Below, in pieces: positions 1 to 23,413 of a stretch of 44,664 nucleotides of DNA; the first letter of the stretch is position 1, and every line of letters starts with the position of its first letter. The notes under the pieces were generated by a model that was not told the DNA's origin, ran no database searches, and worked only from the letters and a program-made list of their open reading frames with translations. Position numbers and translations under genes: made by a program. This DNA comes from Catajapyx aquilonaris. Lineage: Eukaryota. The stretch is from the NCBI GenBank assembly GCA_000934665.2, contig JYFJ02003241.1, positions 1-44,664 of the forward strand, written 5' to 3'.

Positions 1-383
1 GGGGGATTATAGTGGTAGAATTCGGCAATGGGGGAGGGGACCATGTAGTGTAGAATGGGAAGGCCAACTTCCTGCCATGAAGGTTTAGTTCCCCGTCGGC
101 TCCAAATGAAATGTCATTTCCCGACGGAAAAGGAAAAGGGAGGTGGTGGTAGAAGGGGTGGGGTGACGCGGGAGGGAGTGGGGGAGCGACGACCTCGATA
201 GGCCGTCTTATTGATCGGAAGAGAGGGGGCATGAGCCTCCCATTCATGGGCTACCCCCTGGAAGGAGCTCCCCCCCCCCCCCCCCCACNGGGAAGGGGGG
301 GGGGGGGGTGGACTGTGACTAAAATTTGGGACATGGGACGGTCCATGGCTTGGACAACTTTGGGCCAAAGACTATCAGGCACT

Positions 384-454
384 GCTCTCATAGCTCAGTT
401 GGAAGAGCGACGGCTCATGGCCGGAGGTCCCAGGTTCGAATCCTGGTGAGGGCA
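384..454 (+). pseudogene. tRNA-like sequence (pseudo-tRNA or SINE head, nominal CAT anticodon)
   Basis: Acceptor stem GCTCTCA/TGAGGGC, D stem GCTC/GAGC, T arm CCAGG-TTCGAAT-CCTGG and A/B boxes are intact. The anticodon stem has only 3 bp. Confidence 0.65.
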
Positions 455-1201
455 CGGCTGATGGTCGGAGGAATACTTGGTGAAACATGATTTTATATCA
501 GTAAATAACTGACTGTCAGTTTGTGGAGATACACAGAAAACTATTCAAGGACTAAAAGTAGGCGTAGTTTTTGGAGGTCACACTGCGTGACATGCGGGTA
601 TACTAAAAATGAATTTTATCCAGTGATCATTCATGTCACTTTGTTAGCAGATATGTATCCGAGATATGAATGAAATGTCACGCAGGAGAGGCTGCCTGTT
701 TTACTCTGGGACAAGTTTTGTTGTTTTGACCTCAAGAGTCATGAAGGACTGAAAAATCTTGAGAAATCGCCACACGACCCTCCGTTCACATTAATTTTTT
801 TGCCTGAAATCCTCCATGTGTGCTGCTGGTAGCTGACAGATATGCGAATTAAATGTGAAAGACATGACCCGGCTTGGATGAGTCACTTTGATTGTTTTGA
901 TATTGGAAGTCCTGTGAGTTTGGAAAGTATGAAAAAATGTAGAGTCACATTTATTATATTGGTTGAAAGTCTCAACTTTGTGCTAAGTTGGTCCTGGGAG
1001 CTATTGCATGGAATCAAGATGCGTGGTCTGGAAAAATGATTCTATATGTGTCACTTTGGTTGCTAAAACCCGTGGGAGCTTTCTTTAAGTAATTATGAGT
1101 CTTCACATGAGTCAATGTAAATCACACACACACAAAAATGAAGTTTTTTCTACAAAACCGAAGCAAGACATGCACATTAATAGATAATAACTTTATTCTC
1201 A

Positions 1202-1614
1202 ACTATAGCAGGATACCCATCAGCGTTGCCCGGCTTATAAAGTACTTTTCCATTGGAATAACTCACTGATTTTGTTGTTACTGCAACATGCCGTAACTTT
1301 AGCCTTAAGGAATGTTGCCCCCAGTCTTACAGGGGGCGGGGGGGGGGGGGGGTCGCGACCCGAAAAAGGTTGGGAACCACTGATATATAATATAACGGTT
1401 GGTGATGAGGGTATTAGCTGCGTGATACACGTGATGGGACCTTATGGGGACATGGTATTTCGCCTCCTGTGGCCAAGGATGACCTCGGAGGTCAAGGCCA
1501 ATGTGCTAAAACCTTCCCCGTTAAAAACTACCCCTAATGATCACCATGGGGCACACGTCGAGGCCTCAGTATTGATTTGCATCGGGAACATACGTTGTGA
1601 AATATGTATTAGAT
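1202..1614 (+). mobile_element. Possible non-autonomous Helitron-like element containing a hAT terminus (1349-1382)
   Basis: Start actatagcaggataccc...gcgttgcccgg and end tattagat resemble invertebrate Helitron-derived elements. ggggtcgcgacccgaaaaaggttgggaaccactg is the reverse complement of a hAT-type CAGTGGTTCCCAACC terminus. Confidence 0.35.
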
Positions 1615-2583
1615 GGAAATGTTTGGCATATAATTTCAGCAAGTTATCATTTCAAGGCGTATAGTGCACTATATCAAATTAATCAGAACAACATGCATTT
1701 ATAATATGCATGTATATTATAAATATTTAAATGTTTTCCACTGATGTATAATGGATGCTTCGAAAGCTGGAAAATTCACACTTCTAAAGAATGTTGGGTG
1801 AACTTTTAAGTTTTTGTTTTTTTTGGTATGAATTGCCATGTAATGACCCTATACCACTAAATTTTCAGATTACCAGTTTTATTACGACTTTTGAGCGTGA
1901 CGTCGCGTTTAACAGAACCACCGTACGTATTTTACATACCAAGCTAAATTGCATATTTTTTGGGTTACGGTTATGCAGATGAAAAGGTTTTTTGACGTAG
2001 CAGACTTGGAAGTCATTGGATAATTTTTTGTCTTGCTGTTGAGCCTGGTTGGATGCGAGTTAAAGTTCTGGTAGGGTAGTGGTAATCAGACTTTGGCTTC
2101 CATGTATGAACTTCACCCGGTGAATAGTCGGGAAGTGAGAACTCAGATTGAGCCTCGCGTGTCAGTGGGTGTTTTGCAAACAACGCCGCATTTGATTGCA
2201 AAGTGTTACACAGTGTCCAACTGAATGAGTTTAGAGAGGTCTTTTCCAGCCACTGTCCATAGAATTAGCCTAGTTGACCGACTTCAGAGCAGTTCATCCC
2301 AGATTAGCTTGAAAGAATGATGCGAATTTTTATTATGGGAGGCGACAAGGCATAACTAGTGTCCAAGTGTGTTGTGGTACTGGACAATACTTCCTACTTG
2401 GATTCTGGCCGAATCTGGGTTTGGCATTTTGGCGAAAAGGCTAAATGTTTTAAATTGTCTCATACTTGCCCCTGGTAACTACCCGAGGGTTTAAGCAACG
2501 TTAAGGTTAAGGGATGCTGTTTGTGGGGGTGTCAGAAATATATCGATAACTTCAGTTCGGTCGTTTTTGGTACTAGATGTAGC

Positions 2584-2833
2584 ACCCCGTGATAGGCCCC
2601 TTGGGTCTCTTAGGGGATCATCTTTTGAATACCCGACTCTAATCATTTGCCTGTAATGTGATGGATTTTGATAGTGGGAGGAAACGGGAGAACCCCGAGA
2701 AAACCCATGCGAACACGGAGAGAACCCATCGAAACTCTATCCACATAAGTATCCTCCGTCCGACCCGGGGATCGAACTCGGCACCTTAGAGGTGGAAGGC
2801 TGCGGCGCTAACCACTCGGCCACCGTGTTGCCC
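2584..2833 (-). mobile_element. tRNA-headed SINE with V-domain-like core
   Basis: Reverse complement reads GGGCAACACGGTGGCCGAGTGG (A box), GAGTTCGATCC (B box), then GTTCTCTCCGTGTTCGCATGGGTTTTCTCGGGGTTCTCCCGTTTCCTCCCAC and the shared hairpin tail. Confidence 0.8.
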
Positions 2834-3761
2834 AAACCCAATCAACATATACATCAAATGAAAGAGAAACGCGAGTAGAACGCGTATTGAATTTGTTTTT
2901 TCTGGAAAAGGCACTCAGAAAAACATGTGGCAGTCCATCGGTTACATGCTCAGTAACATGTCCAAGTGTTTAGACCCCAAAAATTAGTGATGCATTTGCA
3001 TAAGAGCAGCCATATTTGGTGACAGGAGTTGTGACCCGTACAATATTCAATATGTTCAGTTTCAATCTGGGTCATGCATGGCTCGCGAGAAAATAATAGA
3101 TATGTTTGCCGAATGACCATTAATTTTAATTAAGGTGGGGATATAGCGAATCCGGACTTCTTCGAGTTCCAACTATGGCCAAGAGCTCTTGCTATGGCCG
3201 AAGGAGGAGACACTGGATCCCACCCTCCCTACACAAAAGAAGGGTCGCGTTTGTGGTTGACCATTCCCTCTAGGCACAATAAAAACCGTGAAAATTAGGG
3301 TTCCCCAACTTCTAGTAGTTATTAGTAGTTTTATTATTTGCCGAAAGGTTGTAGCTAAACAAAAGTCGGCTTCATTGGTCAGGAGCACCAATTTTTTGCG
3401 CATTTTTGGGTGCTTGTTACGACATCACTTAAAATTTCACGACGCCGTAAATTACTCCCGTATGCAAATGACTTTTACAAATACTATATTAAGGATGTGG
3501 GAAAAGTGCCACACACATGTGGAAGAGAGAGGTCAGTTACACTTCCACAAAAAAAATTAGGTTCTGCTGTTGTTAGTTAGCGAGATTTTTACTCCTCAAT
3601 TCTCTTCATCCCCCCCCCCCCCCTAATGGAGCCAAATTCTTGGACATGTGACCGATGAAAATCACACATGTTTTTCTAAGTGCATTTTCCAGAAAAACAA
3701 ATTACATAGGCGCATTCTACTCGCGTTTCTCTTTCATTTGATGTATATGTTGATTGGGTTT
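2834..3761. repeat. About 95-bp inverted repeat pair (2834-2928 / 3666-3761), probably DNA transposon subterminal repeats
   Basis: aaacccaatcaacatatacatcaaatgaaagagaaacgcgagtagaa... is the reverse complement of ...ttctactcgcgtttctctttcatttgatgtatatgttgattgggttt. Confidence 0.75.
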
Positions 3762-5682
3762 TGACCACTTCCAATAAACCGAAAAAAATTCTCCCAAAAA
3801 GGCCTCATTTTCAAAATTTCGCGATTTTTTCCCTCCCCACGGTATTTCGCAATTTGGCTGAAACTTGATATGCAGTGTTACAGCATAGGTGTGTACAGCT
3901 GTGATTATTTTCAGACAAATCCGAGATGGTCTAGCAACATTTAGGCCCACTTGATTGGGAAAAACCTGCTATATTTGAGGACTTTGGTTTTTTGACTTCC
4001 CCGAGGTCAAAAACAAATCAAAGACAAAATGAATGCCCATTATGAGTTACTTGTGACCTAAGGAACACGAATATGACGATAAATTTCCATGGACAAATAT
4101 CGTGTTGCATAGTGTAATCTGAAAATGGTCATACAAGTAGATACAGTAAAAATGAGCTATTCACGCAGGTTTTTAATATATTACTGTACATAGTGTATGC
4201 TGCTTTAACTAAGGTTTAATCGAAATAATGAAACATACCACAGATTTTTAGTTTGACTTCTATAAAAAGTCTGTTATATTTCTTTGCTTGCGAGACAGAT
4301 TGACACTTTTTCGGACCTTTATTTTTAATTTAATATTTGGCGATGCACGGATAAGGCGCACATGGAAAATCGGGAGTACGGTGTATTAGGAATGTAACAC
4401 TTTAAATATACCTCCTACAATGGTAGTACAATAATAAAATAATTGAGACAAACGAGGTGCATTCCAGGATATGCCCTTTGGCATGGTGCATTTTTTTTGT
4501 GACTTCCTGATGCCTGTGGTAGACGGCTTGTCATTTAGGATGGGGGTGCAATGAGTTCTGTGGATGTTATGATGCTTATTTTTAAATTAATTTGCTTTCA
4601 ACACAAGTAGATGCAGGGATAAATTATTAAGTAGCATATACTGTATACTTGGTGAAAGCTGGTCCTCTGACACCTACATTCTGGCAGTGTATTAAGTAAC
4701 ATTTACCTGGCCCTCAATGCTTGAACTGCCACCAAAATAATCATGAAGGTTACAGGCTCTGACCTAGAGGTCACTTTACGTAGATGACACACAAAACGTA
4801 TTGTAAAATGTATAATGTAATAAGGATGTGCCACATACTCAGGACATGATTTTGGGTGTGTAACATGTTCAATCTGCTTTGTAATTGACTATCCACTTTA
4901 TAGGAAAATGTAGTAGGAGGGATGACAATATAAAATGTCTGAATTTAAATGAATTTAAGAAGCACATCACTTAGAATATGATCTGTATCAGTTTGTCATG
5001 CATCATAGGCCTAATCCCTGAAAATACACTACAAAATATCTGGCACATATTCATGGACATTTTGTTTATTCTAATAGAAAGGCACAAAAGCCACTGAATT
5101 TGCTCTCAGTGCCTGATCTGAGGGCACAGTTCCTGATACTACTGTGCAAATGGCTTGCACATACCTGATGATAGTGAAATGAGCAATGTTAGCCATCTTC
5201 ACAAAATGCTGGGTACCCCTGTACATCAGATTTACTTCTGACCCCGAGTAATGCAGCAAAGGATGGGTTGCAACTTGGGTGACTTTTGACCCAGCGCAAA
5301 ATAAAAATGATATTTCGTTGCATTTTTGTCGATACAATCCGGGATATTGTCACGCCAGCCGATCATATTGAATCAATGTCGGCTCGGAAAGACGGAAACT
5401 GACCTGCAGCATCAGGTATTTGCTACCAATGGAGGTCAAAATGCTGGCTTCAAACACAAGAACAGGCTTGCATGAACCACCATGGTCTTTCCTGCTCGGT
5501 ACGTTCGATTAATAAGTTCCCACATTGGATACAAGACGGCTACCAGGACTCACACCGGTCCACACCCTTCTCATATGAAAATACCAGTTGGTAATGATCC
5601 TATCGATTGTGAACCACCGGCATTGTCAGATTCTTCAATTTGTCACTGCTTCAAGGGCTGCAAACTTATAATGCACCTTGTA

Positions 5683-5893
5683 CACCCGCGAGCATAAAGA
5701 TGGAGACGTCAGGCCCTCACCTTCGGCAGGCTGCTCTGCCAATTGCAGCTATTACGGTATCAAATATACTGTCATAAATACCCGAACACACGCCTGATGC
5801 AGCTAACTCGGTCCAAAAAGAGTTCATTAATTTGAGTCTGATAAAGGAAGTTCAAAAAAGGGCCCGCCATCTCCATCTTTATGCTCGCGGGGG
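5683..5893. mobile_element. Tc1/mariner-type MITE
   Basis: 24-bp TIR cacccgcgagcataaagatggaga / tctccatctttatgctcgcggggg, flanked by TA. Confidence 0.8.
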
Positions 5894-6649
5894 TACTTGT
5901 TGACAGGACCTGGTGGTTCCTTGGTGGTCCTTTGAGTGTTTAGACCTCCAGTATACACTTCCAAGTCAAATTACTGTCCAGCTGCCCTTTTATTATGGGT
6001 ATAGGATATCCCACTTGCTTAAGATACCAAAAATGTCTTTTTACTGGAGTTTCTTAAATGGATTTTAATGCAATTGCAACAGGATAAGCTGCAGTGCTGG
6101 AAGTGACCTCTGTTTTTATATAAAAAAACGCTTGAACACTGGATTTAACTAGCACATACAGAGTTACTGGCTCAATTCTCTGCTGGACAATTATTTTGAA
6201 AGGTGCCCAGGTTGTCTGTGGCTTCTTGTTGTATATGGTACCTTTCAGAAGGTCTACACATGGTACACTGATGAATAGTGCTCCATTTATCCAGTTCCGT
6301 GAATTAACAAAACACCTGCGTGTTGGGAAGAGAGAATCTTCATGTATTGCACTGCAAATTGCTTTGGGCAAAAGAAAAGACAAAAGAAAATAAAAGTATA
6401 CGGAGTTGGCTGAAAGTTAATGTGTAGCAACGATCCATGGACAACTAAGCTCTACAAGAAATTAACTGGCAGGAATTGAGGCAGTAGCTCCAGAGATGCT
6501 GGTGCACTGCAGTGTTGCATTCAAGCATTGTTGGAAGCAAGCAGAGGGCATTCTCAGCACATGTAATATAATAGACTTCTTATGAACTGAGGTACTATCA
6601 GCACAATATTGTCTCAGACACCCTCTCATATGTCTGGGGGGTATCAATT

Positions 6650-6898
6650 GAAGGGGTCGGTGCAATACTGCCCTAACCCTCCCAAACCTGATTTTGAGAA
6701 AACTGCAGTTGAAAGTTTGAGAGGCCATATACATCCCATATACCATGTGACTTATTTCATTTGATTTCTCAGTGACCGATGGCAGAAACGGCACAATTTC
6801 AATGGATTTTATTAGATACATGAGTGTAGTACATGGAAGTGTGCTTAACTCAATTTGTGTCATTTGGTGGGTTAGGGCGGTATTGCACCGACCCCTTC
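6650..6898. mobile_element. MITE with about 36-bp TIRs and AATT flanks
   Basis: gaaggggtcggtgcaatactgccctaaccc / gggttagggcggtattgcaccgaccccttc, with aatt on both sides. Confidence 0.75.
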
Positions 6899-7858
6899 AA
6901 TTATTAGGTCATATCCTGGTAAATTCATAATTGACTGAAAAGGTACATTTGGCTCTTTTCCTGAGATTGAATTTTTTATTAATTGAGAAAATTTGACTAG
7001 AAATTTGCTTCTCTACACCATGTAGACTACCACAGACCTAGCTGACTAGAAAAATACAAATAAAACCAATTATCTGGGCAAGTTGCTGTCATTTCTAAAT
7101 AGGCGAGATTCACATGTGGGTGCAAATAAGACATTGTGCACAAGTTAGGTGCACATTTTTTCAGTGGCCATTGCAGTTTTGCACTAGCATACAAGTGATG
7201 TTGGTGGGGCACCTTTGAATTCATGTGCTGCAGATCCTTTCTCAGATCTGAAAGCACATATTTTCATAATTAAACTCATGCAGTTTTTTAGTTGTGAAAA
7301 TGATTTTTTGCATTAATATGTCTGGTTATATAAGTATGCTAATCAGGGTAATACTCCAAGCTTTCAAGAGTTTTTTCATATTGCTTCCATTGCACAAGGG
7401 TGAGTCAAATGAAAGTGTACCAGGCAACCATACGTGGACATGGCTCTGAATAAATACAGGACAAGAATTCTAGGGTTTTGGAAAGGTTTAATCTACCTGT
7501 TGACCAAATATGGTTGACTTCAGAGTGACAAGTGTGAGAAGGGAAATTCCAGCAGACCCCGACCCAACAATTTTGGGCCCAGTTTCCGAAAGAGTGAGGG
7601 GAACTCATGCTTTGACACTCCAAAAGGAGGTTCTCAAGGTATTCCATTTTATCAGGCATCAAAATCTGATGTTTGATTATGGTATGGTTGCACCAGAGTG
7701 AGATTCTGTAAGCATCTCAGATTATGAATGCATCCTACCTATTTGATAGTCTGCTTCAATCAGGCAAAGCTTTTGTTCATCAAACAGAGATCAGATACAT
7801 TTAGAATAATAATTCTTAATTCTATGATAATAATTCTTGGGTAGTGCCTGATCCTATA

Positions 7859-8296
7859 CAGGGTGTATCAAAACTCTACCATAAGCCATATGCCAATGGC
7901 GTAATGGTCAGCAGATGATCATTTACAGTATCGGAATCATAGGCCTGGGCCGCCGCATGACCGAGATAATTGACCTCAACCAATAGGTATAAAATATCCT
8001 GGCAGGTATGCAAACCTTCAGCCGCCAATCGCATCACAGGTGATGTCGCAGCTATTTTCTGGGGGGGCTACTGCCACACTGCTATTGGGGTAGTCACTAA
8101 GGGCTCTTAGAATGCAGTTCCCCCCAGATGCACTGCTATTCTACAATCACGCTTAAGCGCAATTGCTACTTCGCAAATGATCAATTATCTACGTGATGTG
8201 GCTGCCTAGAGATGATGACCCCTCTACATATAATGATGCTCTGGTGCCCCTTATGCCATTGGTACATGGCTTATGGTAGAGTTTTGATACACCCTG
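7859..8296. mobile_element. Tc1/mariner-type MITE
   Basis: TA|CAGGGTGTATCAAAACTCTACCATAAGCCAT ... ATGGCTTATGGTAGAGTTTTGATACACCCTG|TA, TIR about 45 bp. Confidence 0.85.
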
Positions 8297-8319
8297 TATA
8301 GGGTATGCGGCACGGACCT

Positions 8320-8598
8320 TTATTGTAACTTATACATAGACCATATTTTTGAAACGCCTGGTCCCACGGGCAGGATGACAGGAGGGGATGTGCAAGATGC
8401 AGTGCAATGTCTTAAACGTGGCCATTTTTAGTGAACTCCCCCGGGTGGTTAAGTCTGTTGGAAATACCACCCGAGACGAAGCCAGAGGTGACCCTGAACT
8501 CTGCACGAGATGAAGGGGGTGTCCCCGGGCTGGGATCGAACCCAGGACCTTAACATTCGTGGGCGCATACATTACCGCAGCACCACTCTGCCTCCCCC
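8320..8598 (-). mobile_element. tRNA-headed SINE (family B, copy 1)
   Basis: Reverse-complement B box GGTTCGATCCC; body homologous to 27266-27478 (cgggtgg...ccacccg hairpin, cgaagccagag, ctctgcacga). The 3' boundary is approximate. Confidence 0.75.
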
Positions 8599-8612
8599 TG
8601 ATACATTTAGAA

Positions 8613-9041
8613 CAGGGCTATTCAACTGGCGGACCACGGTCCGGATCCGGACCGCGACGCAATTTTGTCCGGACTGCGACAATATACAGGACGGTTTGAA
8701 ATAGCATGATAAAGTACTAATTCATGATTTTTTGGAAAAAGGGCCGACCAATTTCATGAAATACACACCCATTCAAATGTCCCACATTCACCTAAGCTCG
8801 TGGGACCTTGAACCCTCGAAAAATTTCGCCTGCGGCAGGCTCATTCCCCGCCCTTTGCGGCTTGTTCATCCCTTCTACCCTTGCTGCACATGTTTCTATT
8901 TTCGAATATGAACCCTGTTGTACCATATAAAATCCATATATTTTTACCTGGGGGGNGGGAGGTGGGGAGGAGGGTCCGGACCTTCAATGGCCCAGGAAAG
9001 CCAAATACTGGACCTTGTCATAAACTAGTTGAATACCCCTG
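8613..9041 (+). mobile_element. hAT-family MITE, copy 1
   Basis: TIR cagggctattcaact / agttgaatacccctg; 8-bp TSD atttagaa; homologous to 40666-41199. Confidence 0.9.
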
Positions 9042-10324
9042 ATTTAGAATAAGAGATTCTTCCTGAATTCTGCATTGGTGCAACCAGTCCTAAAGAAGAG
9101 ACTGAGTCAAATTGCCAGGATACCTGCACCCTCGTTTTATCATGACCTTGTCCACATTTGGTTAGCTGGTTCTCTTTTGTTTTCCTGACCCTGTACATTA
9201 CAACTTGTGCCATTTGTGTTTTTGAACCTTACTTAATCACATCATAGAAGTCGATGAAGAAATGCAACAAAGATTGAAATTGTGCTAATGTAGTTCACCT
9301 GGTTACTCATGTAAGGTCAAGGAGTTATGTTCAATGATATGAGACACTAAACAAATTTTCTGTTATTAAAATCTGCTTGTGGGACTTTTAGGTCATATTT
9401 TAAATTGTAGGACACTTTCCCTTGAAACTTATACTTAGGTGGGCATAGCCAAATATATTTTGGAATTCCTTTCAAGTTGTTTTTGTCTTTGGAAAGATAG
9501 ATATAGTTGATTTCTTTTCAGTGTGACAGTATACACATGATGTGAAGCTAGTGCTTGTTCAGGGCAATTGAAATAGCATCGAGTGTCGTTTTCCATTACC
9601 GGTACATGAAGTTAATGTTGATGAAGCTATGTTGGTTTGTTTTGATTTTGGTGCATAAAGGAAATCTCTTGTCGATGGGTCTTTTTCCCCCTATCACACA
9701 GCATCGCCTCTTTATTTGTTGTCATTGTTAGTAATTTTATCTACTGTTATCACTTGAACAAATTTGCTCCGTTCAGATCGGTAATACTTCCAGTATTATT
9801 GTGAGAAATAATTGTCATGACTGTATTATAATACTTTTTTTGTTTTCTCAAGTTATGTGTGTGTGTATTCTATGTGTTCATGTCATCAATCTGACAATCT
9901 CATCGTCACGGTAATCATTGTATCCTCTGCATGTACCTGACCAGTCACCAGAGGATTAATTGTACATATTGTGTTATGTTGTACATATGTGTGTACATAT
10001 TGTAAATGTGAAAAAGAATTGCCTAGTGACATACAACTCTCTTTCTTGAAGTCAATTTTTCTCTTCTCAGGAGAATTCCCATCATTTTACATACTCATAG
10101 GCTTATCATAATTGTGTGATGTCTGCATTGCTGCAAGTAACTTTATAAATGTTCTTTTTAACTTTGTCTGCAGATATGCTTGCAGAGTATTGCCAAACTG
10201 GACATGACTATCTTCTTATTCAACACTATTGAAAGGGACAATATCAGTATTATTTTATTGTGATTATGAACTTGTGCAGACATACTTTGGCTTTTGGTTG
10301 ATGGATTTGAATCCTGTTTTACAG

Positions 10325-20548
<10,224 letters not shown>

Positions 20549-23413
20549 GGGATATCCTTGGACTGAGGCCATCATCCAAGTGAGAACTGTTACAATGGCT
20601 CCAGATAACTTTTGCAACTACTCATTTTGATATAATCATAGATTTTATTAGGAATTAGTCAGGAATAATGTAGGTAAAATTACTGTGGTCTTCCACGCAG
20701 CATAAAGACAGAACATTAAGATTAAGTAACGAACAATCTCCTGCTATGGCAATATTTCTGACAGGAGTTTTATCAGAGGTGGTTTTTTCAAGTGCAAACC
20801 ACGATGCTAGGTTTCTTTTACATATTTTTAGAATGTTCATTGGGATTTATCAGCTGGTATAGTCACTGCCAAGGCATTTCTTTCATCCAGCCCAGAAATG
20901 CTCAGCCTGATACTGCGGAGAATGTGCAATGATAGGTTATTTGTTTTATTGACATGAAGTTGCATTTGATAAGCTTCGGTTTCTTTCTTCCACTTTGGAA
21001 CTAGGCTACCTCATAACTTATACAAAATACAAGGTTCACCCAGATGAATGTGAACTATTCAACTGTAATCAGGCATGTTTATGAAGAATTCCAGGTAAGG
21101 ATATGCAACAAATCCAAGCATGTCTCATCTACCTGTGTACGAAAGGATCCTTTCCAGGGTGGTTGTCGACTCCAATTGCCATAATTTTTACTGAGGGTGA
21201 TCCTAATAATATCATATGAAAGCATGAAACTCATTTTCTTCCTACTGAGATCCTCAACCGAGGAACATAGTTGAAAATCACTAATTTGTACTTACTTCCA
21301 AGTTTATATTGCCACAGAAAAAGTGATTAGCATTGGAAAATTTATACAGTGTATTCCAAGTGTCGGGGACCTTTTATGTAGTTATAGGAACTTTCATTTT
21401 ATTTCATTTTATTGGGGACAACTTCGCTTAAAATTATTGTAATTGGAGCCACCGACAATTCTGGGAGGGATCCATTGGTTCATATCCAAATGGTAGAAGA
21501 GCCAGAAAATATTCCCAAAGTGCATACTTTATTGGGTCCAACATCTATAAGGGCAGCTGACAGGAAGTGACATGGGATAGAGGAGGTAAAAGTAATGCAA
21601 TGATGAATTGGAGTGCATGGTTTATTCAAATGTTTGCTCCATGACCACCGAGACACCTGTTGTACTGCAGGACCAAAATTTCCTGCACATAATCTGCCTC
21701 TACTGACACTGCTGTCAGAGTAATGATTCTTCGGCAACATTGTCGATTTTATGATGTGTACCGGATGATTGGACCAGGGGTTTTGGTTGTCTTTCTATCC
21801 CATGTCATGTATGAATGTAACAGGGGTCATTATTGATGTCACTGCAGGTTATGCATCCTTAGGCTGTTGGACTCAGTAAGGTATACTTGGGAGGGGGGGG
21901 TCCCTGTCTAGGATGTTAACCAAATTTGATCCGACGTGATGTGTTCAGATTTTCGTATATTTTTACATGGACTTATTCTTAATGTTGCATATAGGTGACT
22001 GGCTCTCTCTCATCTTAGTGAACCTTAGATATATGTACTGTACAGTAATAACTTGAGTTGGCAAGTGTTTCCATTAGGAGAAAAGTGGCTGAGAAATTCC
22101 TAAGCTGAATGTATCAGACTTAAAATGTGGCGTTTTAGGATCTCCTGCCTGGCTTTTCATAGAAAGCTGTTGATATGAACAAAATTGTAAGAAAATGTAG
22201 CACACAACCATTTTAGAATAACTTGTTTTATAATTGAAGACAACAATGTATACTTCTGCAGTATACACACTATTGCATCCTAGTGTGCCACAGATCCACC
22301 CCTCAGACCACTGCTTAATGTGCATATGTTTTAAAAGTGGCACCAGTTAAATTAATTTGATGGTTGTTGAGTTATATGAATATGCGTGATTACTTATTGG
22401 ATGCCCTTGTATTAGAAGTGACTGAAGTGTCTTGAAGGAAATGCAGTCGGCCCTCTGTTATCCACGGTAATTGGTGCCAAGGCCCCCCTGTGAATAACAT
22501 GGGCAGGCTATTTCATGTAGAAGTAAGTCACAGTCAGCTTTGTTGTTTTCTACCAAACTATTCAGTTACTGGCAATCGTGTAAAGATCATTATTAATGGT
22601 ACTATCAGCATAACATTATTCTGGACACTTTCATATGCGTTTCTTGTGGGAGAGTGTCTGCAATAGTACACATGCCACCAACCTTAACTGAAGGTCAGGA
22701 AGGCTGCTTGTTGTGGCTTTGTGATGTGTTTGCCTATTCAATAACTAACTAGTATGCAGCAATTTGCTCACAATCATGGCACTTCAGGCTCAATGGACTT
22801 GGTTACTGCAGTAGTCAAGATTTCATGCAATAGTGAGTAGGGCAGAAGTTAAAACAGAAATATGGATCCCATTTCTCTTAATATGAATTTCCAAAGACAG
22901 GAGAATGTTCTCTACTTGGGATGATTTTAGGGTGTGTTAGGAATATCTCCCCTGGGTGGGAACTTCTGTTACAAAATAACTTATATTCCGTGTCTTACAG
23001 CTTGAATTTATGACATAACTACTGCCAAATGTTGCCAATAGCAGCAGCAGCAACAACTGATGTATATCCTGTGCGCATGAGGCCTCTATGTATAGGTTAT
23101 ATTGTTGCATCCACTAATGAGGCCATAACTGTTAACAGGTTAACTGTGACAGACTCAGAAATCGAACCACTCAAGTGTTGCTAATGATAAACTGCTGCAT
23201 GATAAAGTAAATTCAAAAGTAAATTAGTCCAATTTTAGAACAGCAATCTTCACCTGGTGTTCTGTGGAACCCCAGGGTTCCATAGGCCTATCAGAGTTCT
23301 GCAAAGATATTTGGGATAATAGCTGGGCGAGATTAGTTAGGTAAATATTCTAATATTGATATGGGTAGTTATTCTCAGGTCTATCGTTCTCTGCCAGAAA
23401 AGCACAAATTGGA

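Noticed and set aside
1..110. tRNA-Gly-like fragments
   Set aside because: No coherent cloverleaf, and it lies close to low-quality G/C homopolymer sequence.
270..308. C-run / G-run pairs as a G-quadruplex or hairpin
   Set aside because: Contains an ambiguous base within homopolymers, so run lengths are unreliable.
1..10324. Abl first (myristoylated MG-) coding exon
   Set aside because: No convincing ATG-exon with a phase-1 donor was found; for example ATGGGGGTGCAATGA at 4540 stops at once. It probably lies upstream of the window.
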